Assembly (NCBI GenBank): GCA_963575745.1
Contig: CAUYUJ010000214.1
Coordinates: 372,001-436,000 of the forward strand
DNA: 64,000 bases
Direction: 5' to 3'
Source: Prorocentrum cordatum
Lineage: Eukaryota
The notes beneath the pieces were generated by a model. It was not told where the DNA came from. It did not search any database and saw only the letters and a program-made list of their open reading frames with translations. Made by a program: the position numbers and the translations under genes. Of this stretch, positions 11,320 through 23,800 are shown in pieces; the first letter of the stretch is position 1, and every line of letters begins with the position of its first letter.

Positions 11320-11740
11320 TTTTGTTTCATCCGCTTTTGTTTCGTCCGATTTTGTTTCGTCCGCTTTTGATTCATCCGCTGTTGTTTCATCCGCTTTTGT
11401 TTCGTCCGTCTTTGTGTTCGTCCGCTTTTGTTTCGTCCGCTTTTATTTCGTCCGCTTCGGTTTCGTCCGCTGTGTTTTGCGTGATTCATGTGGAAGTTTG
11501 TGGGATGAAAACCGGATGAATTTAAACTGGCCGAATTAGAACCGGATGAGTTTCAGACGAATTAAAACCGGATGAATTTACACCGGACGAATTCAGACCG
11601 GATTAATTTAAACGGGCGGATGAAAACCGGATGAATTCAAACCGGACAGAGTAAAATCGGATGAATTTTAATAGGACGATATCAAACCGGATGAGTTTAA
11701 ACCAGACGAATTTAAACCGGATGAATTTAGACCGGGCACG
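11320..11740. repeat. ~15-bp satellite (AAACCGGATGAATTT-like) in two oppositely oriented blocks
   Basis: TTTC(A/G)TCCGCTTTTG units at 11320-11470, then AAACCGGATGAATTT units at 11508-11735. Confidence 0.85.
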
Positions 11741-12534
11741 TAAAAACACATGGATCCAGCTATGGGCAACCATGTTAGATACCCCCTGGGTGACCTGGAT
11801 ACGTAAAAACACATGCTGCTGGCCAGGTGGCCTGGACACTTCAACCATGTCAGGTACCTCCCTGGATGGCCTGGACACGTAAAAACACGTGGTGCCAGCT
11901 TGGGACAACCATGTTAGATACACCCCTGAGTGGCCTGGACACATTAAAACATGCGGTCCTTGCTCGGGACAATCATGTTAGATAATCCCCTGGGTGGCCT
12001 GGACACGTAGAAGCACGTGGTTCCAGTTTGGGGCAATCATGTTAAATACCCCATTGGGCGGCCTGGACACGTACAAACACATGGTTTCGGCTCGGGACAA
12101 CCATGTGAGATACCCCTTTGGATGTCCTGGGACCTCGTGGGGCCTCCTGGAGAGGGCCAATCTACAGGAACGCATTTAAAAACACACGGATTCGTGCCCC
12201 TGGAGAGGGCCAATCTATGGGAACACATGAAAAACACACGGATTCGTGCCCCTTGCCCAACTCTGTCCCGCACTTTGTGATTTTTCGATCGGGATTTCAA
12301 ACGCGAGCGTTTCGCCAGGGACATCCTCAATTGTTCCCTGCCGAATGGGACTTCAACTTGTTATTAATAGCCGATAATTCGCCGGCCGAAGCCGGGGGAA
12401 ACATAACGGTACTAGACGAGAACCTTGGGACCGCGCCCTTTCCGGGAACATGATCGACCCACGAACGCGGAAAGGAATGTAGAAATATATGGCATGGCGA
12501 CGTTTCAATACATGTGATTAGGCGACGGGCACAA

Positions 12535-13140
12535 GCAATGTTGAGTCGATCGATTTTGATGTACCGTGCCGAGAGCTGTGCTGTGCTGCGCCGTGCTGAA
12601 CTGTGATGTGCCATGCCGCGATTGTGCTCTATAGCGTTGTGGATCGCGTCTTCGTTTGCATCCGAGTCCTGACCGAATTGATCTGGATCTTAAGCTCGAG
12701 CTGCCTGAGCACATAGTAGCTGCACCAGAGCTAATTGACAGGGGGACATGCAAGGAGGACGCGCCGCGGCACGTCCCATTGGACGTGCAAGCGACGTCAG
12801 GGGGCGTGCCAGGGGGACGCACCGCGGGACGTGCCAAGGGAACGTGCTACGGAACGTGGCAATGGACGTGCCACGGGACGTGCGCGACGTGCCAGGGGGA
12901 TTCGCCACGGGACGTGCCACGGAACGTGCCAAGGAACGTACCAGGTTGCATTGTTGAGTGTATCGGTATTGATGTACCGTTCTGAGGGCTGTGCTGTGCT
13001 CCGCCGTACTGAACTGCGATGTGCCATGCCGCGATTGTGTTCTATAGTAGTGCTTTGGGTCGATTCCTCCTTTGCATCCGAGTCCTGACCGAACTGATTT
13101 GGATCTTGAGCTCGAGCTGCCTGAGCAGATAGTAGCTGCC
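12535..13140. repeat. Two ~186-bp direct repeats flanking a 12-bp (CCACGGGACGTG)-type array
   Basis: 12539-12724 and 12952-13140 are clearly homologous. Confidence 0.8.
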
Positions 13141-13638
13141 CCGGGTGTGAACCCATGTGAACCCATGTGTGTTCATGCTTGCCCCGCCCTGGGGCGTTAG
13201 GAACCATGTATTTTCAAGCTTGCTCCGCCATGGGGCGTTAGGAACCCATGTGTTTTCACGTATCTCCCGCCCTGGGGCATTCGGAACCCATGTGTTTTCA
13301 AGTTTGTCCCGCCCTGGGGCGAAAGAACCCATGTGTTTTCGCGCTTCCCCTGCCCAGGGGCGTTAGGAGCCCATATGTTTTCATGCTTGTCCCGCCCTGG
13401 GGCGTTAGGAGCCAGCTTCTCGGGCCTCCTGGGGCCTCCTGGGGGCTGGAGGGAAGCGAAAAGCCCTCCCCGAGCACATGTTCCAATACAGAACAGGATG
13501 CCCATGTTGGATATCCCCATGTGGGGCCTGGGCACGTTAAAGCACCTGGCTCCGCCATGCCAAATACCCCCTGTGCGGCCTGGACACGAAACCACGTGGT
13601 TCCAACTCGGGACAATCATATTAGAGAGAGCGTGATCC

Positions 13639-14415
13639 ACCGCCGCTTTACTGTGGAAAATTGCCGCCCTTTTCCTCCGGAACCGGGGGTTCCCCCCCCC
13701 CCCCCCCTCCGAAATCCCCCCCCCTGCTGGACCCCCCCCCCCCCCCCTTCCCCCGGCAAAACCCTCCCCCCCCTCCCCCTACCACCCCCCCCTCGAACTC
13801 GAAAACCGGAGGGGGGTCACTACCGGTTCGAACCCCCCCCCTCTCGAAAACCGGAGGGGGGGGTCACTACCGGTTCGAACCACTGAGCTGTCCCACTGTT
13901 CCCACCACTGTCCCCCTGTCCCTACCACTGTCCCCACTGTACCTCTGTCCATTGTCCCACCGCCGTCCTCGCCACCGCCTTCACCACTGTCCCCACCACC
14001 ACTGTACCCTCCACTGTCCTACTGTTTCCACCACATTCCCACTGTCCCCACACCACTGTCCCCACCACCACCGTCCCCACCACTGTCCCACTGTCCCCAC
14101 TGTCCCCACCATTGTCCTCACCATTGTCCCCACCACTACCGCCCCCACCACTGTCCCACTGTCCCCACCACTGTCCCGCTGTCCCCTCACCACTGTCCCC
14201 ACCACCACCGTCCCCACCACTGTCCGCACCCCCCCTCGGTTTTCGAGGGGGCGGGGGGGGGGGTTCGAACCGGTAGTGACCCCCCCCGGTTTTCGAGCTC
14301 GAGGGGGGGGGGGGGTTCGAACCGGTAGTGACCCCCCCCCTTTTCATGATGAATTGGGGGGGGGGGAGGGGTTCGAACCGGTAGTGACCCCCCCCTGTTT
14401 TCCGCCAGCAGCGGT
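13639..14415. mobile_element. Foldback/MITE-like insertion with internal (CACTGTCCC)-type minisatellite
   Basis: GGGGGTCACTACCGGTTCGAACC occurs twice on the left and its reverse complement three times on the right. Termini are ACCGCCGC..GGAAAA and TTTTCCGCCAGCAGCGGT. Confidence 0.7.
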
Positions 14416-17176
14416 AGAACATGCTCTTTCTCATATTAGATACCCCCTCTGGGTGGCCTGGACACGTGAGAACACGTGGGACCAGCTCTGGGCAACCATG
14501 TTAGATACACCCCTGGGTGGCCTGGACATGTTAAAACACGTGGCCCTTGTTCGGGACAACCATGTTGGATATCCCCCTGTGTGGCCAAGACACGTGAAAC
14601 ACTTGGTGCCAGCTCGGGACAACCATGTTAGGTACACCCGGGGGTAGCCTGGACACGTTAAAACACGTGATACTTGTTCAGGACAATCATGTTACCCCCG
14701 TGTGTGGCCTGGAGACGTGAGAACACGTGGTTCAAGCTCGGGACGACCAAATTAGATATCCCCTTGGGTGGCTTGGACACTTACAGAAACATTGTTCCAG
14801 CTCGGGACAACCATATTAGATACCCCCCTGGGTCCCAGCTCGGGGCAACCATGTTAGATATTTCCCTAGGTGGCCTGGACACGTAGAAACACGTGTTTCC
14901 AGCTCAGGACAACCAGTTCGGGAACACCATGTCAGATACACCCATGTGGCCTGGACACGTTCAAAATGCATGGTACTAGTTCGGTACCACCATGTTAGAT
15001 ACCCACCTGGGTTGCCTGGACACGTGAAAACACGTGGTTCCAGCTCGGGGCCACCATGTGAACTACCCCACCTGTGTTACCTGGACACACCAAAGCACGT
15101 GGTTCCATCTCGGGACCACCATGTTAGATACCCCCCTGGGTGGCCTGGACATGTGAACACACATGGCTCCAGCTCGCACGGGATGCACTTTTTCGACCAA
15201 CATGTGCCCCGCACCTTGTGATTTACCGATCGGGATTTCAAAACCAAGCGTTTCGCTAGGGACATCCTCAATTGTTCCACGCCGAATGGGACTGAACCTC
15301 GTTATTTATCGCAACTGGTATCGCTGGCCGAAATCGAAGGGGAACACTACTAAAAGAGAATCCTGGGCCCACGCCCTTTCCGGGAAAAACACGTGGTTCA
15401 AGTTCGGGACAACCATGTCAGATATCCCTTTGGGTGGCCTGGACATGTAAAAACAGATGGTTCCATCTCGGGACAACCATGTTAGATACCCCCTGGGTAG
15501 CCTGGACATGCGAAAACGCGTGCTGCCAGCTCGGGGCAACCTTGGTAGATATCCCTTTGGGTGGCCTGGACATGTACAAACACATGGTTCCAGCTTGGGA
15601 CAAGCATGTTAGATACCCCCCTGCGTGGCTTGGATACGCAATGTCTTCCCTGGAGAGGCCCCTTCAAGCGCCAACCCCTGTCCAGAACAAGAAAACCTCA
15701 CTCTTTCCGTATTGGCATCTGTGTTCGGGTAGCGCTTTGGGCCCCCCAGGCGTTTCCTGATAATTCTGCCCGACGCCATGTTAGATACCCCCTTGGGTGG
15801 CCTGGACACGGAAAAACACGTGGTTCCAGTTCGGGGCAATCATGTGAGATACCCCATTGGGTGGCCTGGACACGTAAACTCATTTGGATCCATCTCTGGG
15901 CAACCATGTTAGATACACCCCTGGTTGGCCTGGACACGTTAAAACACGTGGTCCTTACCCGGGACAACCATATTAGATACCCCAATGTGTGGCCTGGACA
16001 CGTAATAACACATGGTGCCACCTCGGGAAAATCATGTTAGATACACCCTTGCGTGGACTGGAAACGTTCAAACACGTGGTCGCTGCTCGGGACAAACATG
16101 TTAGATACCCCCATGTGTGGCCTGGACACGTTAAAACACGTGGTCCGTGCTCGGGGCAACCATGTTAGATACCCCAATGTGTGGCCTGGACGCGTAAAAA
16201 CACATGGTGCCACCTCGGGAAACCCATGTTAGATACACCCCTGCGTGGACTGGAAGCGTTCAAACACGTGGTCTTTGCTCGGGACAAACATGTTAGATAC
16301 CCCATGTGTGGCTTGGACACGTAAAAACTCATGGTGCCAGCTCGGGACAACCATGTTAGATACATTCTGGAGTGGCCTGGACAGTTGAAACACGCGGTCG
16401 TTGCTCGGGACAATGGTGTTAGATAATTGCCTGGGTGGCCTGAACACGTAAAAACGCAAAGTTCCAGTTCGGGGCAATCATGTTAGATACCCCACTTGGT
16501 GGCCTGGACAAGTAACAACACGTGGTTCCAGCTCGGGACAACCATGGTGGATACCCCCAGGGTGACCTGGGACCTCCTGGGGCCTCCTGGAGAGGGCCAA
16601 TATATAGGAACATACGTAAAAACATACGGATTCATGCCCCTGACCCAACCGTGCGCCGCGCTTTGTGATTTATCGATCGGGATTTCAAAAACCATCGTCT
16701 CGCTAGGGGCATCCTCAAATTGTCCTCGCCGAGTGGTACTTTACCTCGTTATCTCTCGCACATATTTTTGCTGGTCGAAACCAGGGGGAAACAACACAAT
16801 ACTAAACGAGAACCCTGGGCCCGCGCCATTTCCGGGAATATCCGTGCTGTGCGAAATCGGAAAAACGGGAATTGCATGCCCACGAGGGGGGCGGTGGCGG
16901 GTGAGGAGGAGGATGACTGGGAAGAGGAGGATGAGGACGAACAGCAGCAACAGGAACAAAAGCGGAAGGATATAGGGGAATGAGGCGACCAGGGAAAGGC
17001 GGAGGAGGGGAAATGAGGGGAGCGACACTGATGACGACAATTCGGATTCAGAAACGTGGCCCGCGCTGAAGCGAGACGAGAAGCAGCAGCAACAGGAATT
17101 GGGGTGGAAGGAGCCGGACGAACAGGAGGACTAGGGAAAAGCGGACCGCAGCGGAGCGGAGCGGCGCCGATGTCGC

Positions 17177-19714
17177 CCAGAGTGAGATCGTCCCGTGTAG
17201 GGAACGGCTGGTGCGCCAGGGCGCCGCAATTCTGAACTCGGAACTCGACCGAAGTCGGAAAGTAGAGAGCTGAAGTCGGAAACGTGGGAGCTGAAGTCGG
17301 AATGACGGGCGCTGGATTCTGAAAGTTGGCAGCCGGAAGCGGGAAACTGAGAGACGGAGTCGGAGAGACGGGCGTCGGAGTCGGAAAATTGGGAGCTGGA
17401 CTCGGAGAGATGTAAACTGGACTCGGAAATTTGGTGAATCGCAACAGCCACTTCACCAAAGAAAACGAACAAAATATTGCGCAGCGCAATTGCTTAAAAC
17501 GCTTGTCACGCACACCTAATTGAATTCATCCGGTTTTAATTTGCCCAGTTTAAATTCATCCGGTTTTAATTCGCCCGGTTTAAGTTCAGGATTGGACTTG
17601 AGGAGGTTTTCTTCCCAGGGGTCTAGGGATGCATGTTGTGCGGGGGTGTTTTAATATCAAATTTGAACCGATGTTCTCGGGGCTCTTCAGTTCAGACACT
17701 TCAGCCGCCTGAAATACACGAGTGCTGTTGTCAGTTATGGTCATCCCACATGGGGTTCTAGCTGATGGGGTCGGGAGATCGCAACGAATCGCCGACGCAT
17801 CGCCGACGCACGCGCGACGCATAGGCGATGCACGCGCGAAGTAAAACATGATGAATTTAACCCGGGCGAGTGAACACCGGACGAATCGAAACTTGAAGAA
17901 CAAATCCGAAGAGACACCGAAAGGCAGCCAAGAGGCCTTTGGCCTTTGTGTTCGCTCTGCCCCCCCTCATCCTCCTTCTCTTCCTTTTCTGGTTGTTCCT
18001 CCTCCCTTTTCTCCCTCCACAGTCAAACAATAAGGGTGCTGTTCTCCTTCCTCCGCCGAAGTTTTGCGGAAGGTCTCCCACCCCACCAAGTGTGTTTTAC
18101 ACGGGAGATATCAACAACTGATGCTGTCTTACATCTTGTTGTACAATCCGATTGTTTCCGGCGTTTCAAAATGGTGCTGCCGCTACAGCGTGGGCCTCTT
18201 TCTCGGATCGGCGCTGTGCTCCCGTCGTCCAAAATGGCGCTTATTGTGGTCCCCCTTATCATTTCCAATTCTAAACGCTTCACGTATCCACCAGCCCGTC
18301 CAGAAATGAGCCCAAGGGGAGTGGAGGTAATGAGGGAAGCGGGGGAGCATGCAGAATAACAAAGGGCGGGGTAAGCCGCCATGTATCCCAAGAGGGGGAG
18401 GATGTAGGAGGAGTCGTCGTCGTCGGAGTAGGAGGAGGAAGAGGAGGAGCAGAAGGAGGAGCAGGAGGAGGAGGGGGAGGAGGAGGAGGAGGAGGAGGAG
18501 GCAGATGAGGAGGAGGAGATGGAGGAGGGTGAGGACGTGGAGGAGGAGGAGGAGGAGGAGGAGGAGAAGGAGAAGGAGAAGGAGGAGGAGGAGGAGGAGG
18601 AGGAGGAGGAGGAGGAGGAGGAGGAGAGGGAGGGGGAGGAGGGAGGAGGAAGAAAAGAGGAGGAGAAGGAGGAGGAGGAGGAGGAGGAGGAGGACAATGG
18701 CGAGCTTGGGGGCCTCTTGGGCCGTCTTTGGGGCCTCTTGGCGGTCCGGGGGGCCTCTTGAGTATCTCGGGGAGCCTCTTGGGGCCTCTTGGGGGTCTCT
18801 TGAGGCCTCTTGGGGGTCTCTTGGGGGCCTCCTGGGGGCCTCTTGGGGCATCTTAGGGCCATCTTGGGACTTTTTGGGGCCATCTTGGAGGAGATCTATC
18901 AAAGAAAGGGGGGGGGGGGAATTAGCGTCGCCCCCCCAGGAGGCCAAAATGGGGCCAAAACCTTTGTAAAATCAATGATTTGGGCTTCCTCGCCGAGGCC
19001 ATCTTGGACGCTCTGCCGACCAGCGGCCCCCCCCGCCCAGGTCCAGGGGAGGCGGTAGGGGGAGGGGTAAACCCCTCCCCGAAGGGGAAGGAGGGGTGGC
19101 AGAGGAAACTTTCTAAACCACCTACGCCCAGAGTGCTGGTGGGATTCCCAGTTTGCCATCCTCCGCTCAAAATTTTCTGACTCCAACCCCGAACTTTCCG
19201 ACTCCGGCGCTCGTCTCCCCGACTCCGGCTCCCAACCGATGCCAGCTCCCATCTCTCCGACTCCGGTTCCCAACTCTCCGACTCAGTCTCCTCATTTTTC
19301 GACTCCGACACCCAACTTTCCGAGTCCAACTCCCATCTCTCCGAATCCATTTCCCAATTTTCCGACTCCGACGCCCGTCTTCCCGACTCCGGCTCCCAAC
19401 CGATTCCAGCTCTCATCTCTCCGACTCCGGTTCCGAATTGTCCGATTAAATTTCCGATTTTTTCGACTCCGACACCCAATTTTCCGACCCCAATTCTCAT
19501 CTCTCCGAGTTCAGCTCCCAATTTTCCGACTCCGACGCCCGTCTCTCTGGCTCTGTCTCCCAGTTTACCGCTTCCGGCTGCCCCCGTCATTTCGACTCCA
19601 GCTCCCGCGTTCCCGTCTCCAGCCCCCTATTTTCCGATTTCGGCCGAGTTCCGAGTTCAGAATTGAGGCGTTCTGGCGCACACGCCGTTTCCTACACGGG
19701 ACGCCCTCTGGGAG
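17177..19714. mobile_element. Foldback-like composite: long inverted arms (17177-17440 and ~19150-19714) built of CCGACTCC subrepeats
   Basis: Left CCCAGAG..CGTCCCGTGTAGG.AACGGC..GTGCGCCAG..CGCC.CAATTCTGAACTCGGAACTCG is the reverse complement of 19643-19712. Confidence 0.6.
18700..19146 (+). repeat. Dispersed repeat: GGGGCCTCTTGG array plus conserved ~290-bp tail
   Basis: The tail GGCCATCTTGGAGGAGATC...AAAATCAATGATTTGGGCTTCCTCGCCGAGGCC...GCTGGTGGGATT recurs at 41483-41680 plus 42213-42294, where it is split by an insertion. Confidence 0.8.
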
Positions 19715-19729
19715 AATTTCACACCAGGC

Positions 19730-20435
19730 GAATTAAAATGGGATTAATTCAAACCGGGCGAAGTAAAATTGGATGAATTTAAACCGGACGAAATATAACC
19801 GGAGGAATTTATACCGGGCGAATTCAAGCTGAATTTAAACCGGACGAATTAGAACCGGATGAATTTCATCTGGGCGAGTTAAAACCGGATGAATTTAAAC
19901 CGAACGAATGAAAACCATATGAATTGAATGTGATCGATTAAAACCGGATGTTTTTTCTTGGCGAATTTAAACCGGACGTGTTTATAAACGGAATGGACCA
20001 AATAGACAACGCAAGCCACACAGTGGCACGCAGAGAACATTAGAACCGGATGATTTTAAATTAGACGGATTAAAACCGGATGAATTTAAATTGGGGGGAA
20101 TTCAAACCGGATGGATTTAAATTTGGGCGAATTTGAACCGGATGCATTTGAACCGGATGAAATGAAACGGATGACATTAAATTGATGAGATTGAACGGAT
20201 GCAGTTTAACTGATGTAATTGAATTCGAGTGAAACAACGGTGAATCCGTTTTGCGCCCCCTCATCCTCCTTCTATTCCCTTTCTGATTGTCCCTCCTTCT
20301 TTTTCATCCCTCCACAATCAAACAGTATGGGTGCTATTCTCTTTCCTCCATCGAAGTTTTGCGTAATGTCGATCTCCCACCCCGCGAAGTGTTTTTTACA
20401 CAGACGATGTCAACAACTGTTGTTTTACTTTTTTT
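19730..20435 (+). repeat. 15-bp satellite array with embedded unique spacer, followed by a dispersed repeat
   Basis: A homologous block lies at 24475-25090 with the shared spacer GAATGGA.CAAATAGACA....GCCACACAGTGGC. 20250-20435 matches 17950-18135. Confidence 0.8.
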
Positions 20436-20848
20436 TGATGCTGCAGACCAGACGAATTGGGGAAAAAACGATTCTTGTTCGCTTAAGAGTTTGCCTTCAC
20501 AGCCTGACCACACCAGGCACAAGTAGCGGTTGCGGCGGAACCTGTGGATTACCTTACAGGGTCAACGCCAACATCAAAGGCCTCAAATCGAGGGAAGGCC
20601 GGTACAGCCAAAGAGACGGCAACGAGCGGCAGCACGCAACGAAAGTGTCACGAAGTATGGTCCGCAAGTGCAGAAGGAGGAGGGAGGAGGACAGAAGGAA
20701 GGAGAGGAGGAGGAGGAGGAGGAGGAGGAGGAGGAGGAGGAGGAGGAGGGAGGAGGAGGAGCGAGGAGAGGAGGAGGAGGAGGAGGAGGAGGAGGAGAGG
20801 AGGAGGAGGAGGAGGAGGAGGGAGGAGGAGGGAGGAGGAGGGAGGAGG

Positions 20849-23800
20849 GCGTGGAATGCAAGCGACGTTCGAGTTGAGCTACCTTCCTTCGGCCTTCCAG
20901 AGGGAAGGATTCCAGTGACGGAGCGTGTAGCTCCAGAAGCTTTGCGGCACATCAGTTCCCGTTTTAAGAGACAGACATGTACCCCTGATGGGTTTCATCC
21001 AAGACATTACTCATTGTTATCAGATGGTGCGCTTCTTGCCCTTTCGTGGTTGTATCACTTGATCGATGTTCTGGGTCAGGGACCATCCAGGACTCAGCGA
21101 CTCATAGTATTTCTTATGAGTAAACCAGTGAAAGGGCGCCGACCTATTGGGCACTACTGTGGGTTTGCGAGGCTCCACGGCAAGACTCACAGAAATCCAT
21201 GTAGATCCTGGGAATCAAAAGTCGGGTTGGGCCCTGAGTTCTCCATGGGACAGGGCCGCAGCGCCCTCGACACGGTGTGGCGTCAGTCAGTGACGGCAGA
21301 GTTATATGCGGGACAGAAGATCCACTACGGGGCCCTCATGTGGGATTTGCTGCAATTCTACGAGCACATTTGCCATGAAGAGCTCCTCCAGCAAAGTATC
21401 TTGTCCGAGTTCCCGTTGTACATACTTTTATATACTATGTCGACGTATCGTTGGAAGAGAATTCTCCTTCTTGATGGGGCATATGGTGAACCCCTGTTCC
21501 CTTGCCGAGGGATCGTAGCGGGGTCCACGTCAGCCACCTACGAGGCCAAGTCGTTCCTCCTCCCCACCATTGTTGCACACAGGGGGCACGATTGTACGGG
21601 TTTGAGCTTACATGTCGATGATCTCTCTGTGCACGCATGGCATCAAAATGTAGATGATTGCGTTCAGCAATTACGAGACCTTGCGACCAGCTTGGCCTTT
21701 ATCATTTCGCAGAGATTGCGGGTGCCCCTAGCAGAGAAGAAGATGTTTGCCACTGCCAACAGCTCGACTCTCTTGGCCATGATCAAAGACAAGCTAGGGA
21801 CACTCGCAGGACAGGGTACTGTTGCACCAGCCAACCTTGGAGTGGATTTCGCAGGTGGGAAGCACCAGCTGCGGCCGTTCGCCCGCCTTGTCATGAAGAA
21901 GAGGGCCAAGAAATTCAAGTTTCGGATCTCTAAGCTCTCGGGTCTCAAGGTATCCACGAAGCTCAAGAAAAGGCTCTTCAAGGCTGGGATCCTCCCTACT
22001 GTCTCCTATGGGCTCGACATCCAGGGTGTGTCTCCAAGGGAACTTCTTTCTATTCGAAGGTCTGCTGGGCGAGTCTGTGGGATCAGTAAGAAAGGTTGCA
22101 ATTTGGACCTCCTGTGGGCCATCGAGGGCAAAGGCGACCCCATCATGCTGGCAGGCGGTTGTGTACGGAGATACTGCTGGGAATGGTGGCACAGTTCTGA
22201 AGTGAGTAGGCACGGGAGCCCTAGGCATCAAGATGCGCTATCTCCAGGTGTTTTAAGCAAAGCGTTTCACTCGAGTGTCGAAGTCTTCCAAGGGACTCGG
22301 GGAAAACCCTGGTTTTTTCGGACCCGTGGGCCGATGTCGGCCATGCTTCTCTGGCTCGAAGCTGGAGGATGGACCTGGGAGGGTCCCGCTGTGTTTCTGG
22401 TTCGGTCTGGACGGCGCTGGACTTTGACTGAATCCCCCCCGTCTCAGATTGGGGAAAAGTTTGTGGCCGATCTGGCCCAAGTGTTCCTGGACAAGTTTTT
22501 TACCAAGGGTCTTGAGATCCACTCGCATCCTGGCAACCAGGACTTGATTGATCGTGGGGTCTGGCTTCCCCTCTTGCAGCGCGTTGCCAGGAATTTAAGT
22601 AGTCAAGCGAAGCACTTGTATCTTCAGGTATTATCAGGTGCTTTACCGACTGGTGAGTCCCTCAGGAGATGGGGCTACGAAGTTGACGCCTCTTGTCCGA
22701 TGTGTGGAGCTGGACAGGACACCCTGAAGCACAGGTGTTGGGAATGTCAGCACCCTGATATTGTACGTCGTCGAGCTGAGCATTTCGGACCCGATCTTGT
22801 TCAGCAGGCTTTGGAATGTGATGAAAATATTCTCATTTTTTCCAGGCTGTGGCCGGCGTATCCTGATGTGCCCCCGCCAAGCAAGGACTGGTGTTTGAAG
22901 TTTTTCGGGGCCCAGGGCGAGCCTGTCGATGCGTTTGTGTTCGGGCCCGAAGCTGGCCTTTTCACGGACGGCTCCTGTTTCCACAACACTCGGCCCGAAA
23001 TCGCCAAGGCTGGGGTCTCTGTTGTCGAGATGGAAGACGACGGGACCTGCAGGAGGGGGGTCTATAGCCCTCTTCCCAGTGAATATGCCCAGACCCCTGG
23101 GGATGCAGAGCATGCTGCCCTGGCCTTAGCTGTGCTGAGGCAAGAACGTGCCGTCGAACCTCCCCCCAAGGCCATCTCCGTGGTCTGTTCGGCGTTGTTT
23201 GTGGGTGTGAGGTCTCCTGGCAGGGCCCTGGGGGGAGGTTCTCGTAGCAGCTTTTTCTGGAGGTCCATAGCTAGAGACATCGGAACTAGCAGTTGGATCT
23301 CTCTTCGCAAGGTAGCCGCCCACCGCAAGCTCCAAGACGCGGTGGACGAAAGCGATGCGCGGGACATTCAAGGATCTACGGCCGCCGACCACTGGGCGAA
23401 GTTAGGGGCTCGGGCCCACGACATTTCGCCTCAGGAGTTAGCCGACTTCGAAAATGCGGAGGGCGAGTATGGATCTTTAGTCGTAGGTGTCCTCGACATT
23501 TTATGTGGGTTCCCACCCTGTGAAGCCCAATTTGGGAAGCTGAAGCGGCCCCCTCGGGCCAAGAAGCCTCCCCGTTTAAAATCTGACCACGTACCAGTTT
23601 GGCACGGGAATATCCAGCGGTGTAAACGCTGTTTGCGTCAGGTGTCCTCGAAGACCCAGACCCCTTGCGGTGCCCTGAACCCTGCTCTGTCGGACCTCCT
23701 CTGTGGAGGCGGGGGCTCGGGGCATCACCTGCATTGGGCCCGAGTCGAAGAGAGTGATATGCCTGTTATTTATTGCGTCTCTTGTGGAGGATTTGCCACC

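Larger units (their letters stand above)
11740..16840 (+). repeat. ~62-bp satellite arrays organised as three larger units, each ending in a shared ~180-bp unique tail, with nested insertions
   Basis: Unit is AAAACACGTGGTTCCAGCTCGGGACAACCATGTTAGATACCCCCTGGGTGGCCTGGACACGT. The tail TTGTGATTT..CGATCGGGATTTCAAA...CCCTTTCCGGGAA occurs at ~12275-12448, 15217-15386 and 16663-16837. Confidence 0.9.

Noticed and set aside
11740..16560. Regularly spaced repeats resembling a CRISPR array (also 35430-36360, 49030-49945, 51540-51950)
   Set aside because: The entire unit is repeated and degenerate, with no unique spacers. There are no cas genes and the context is eukaryotic.
20219..20848. N-terminal 210 aa of the 1267-aa track ORF
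   Set aside because: It reads through a dispersed repeat and a GAG tract; RT-like sequence begins only at ~20850.
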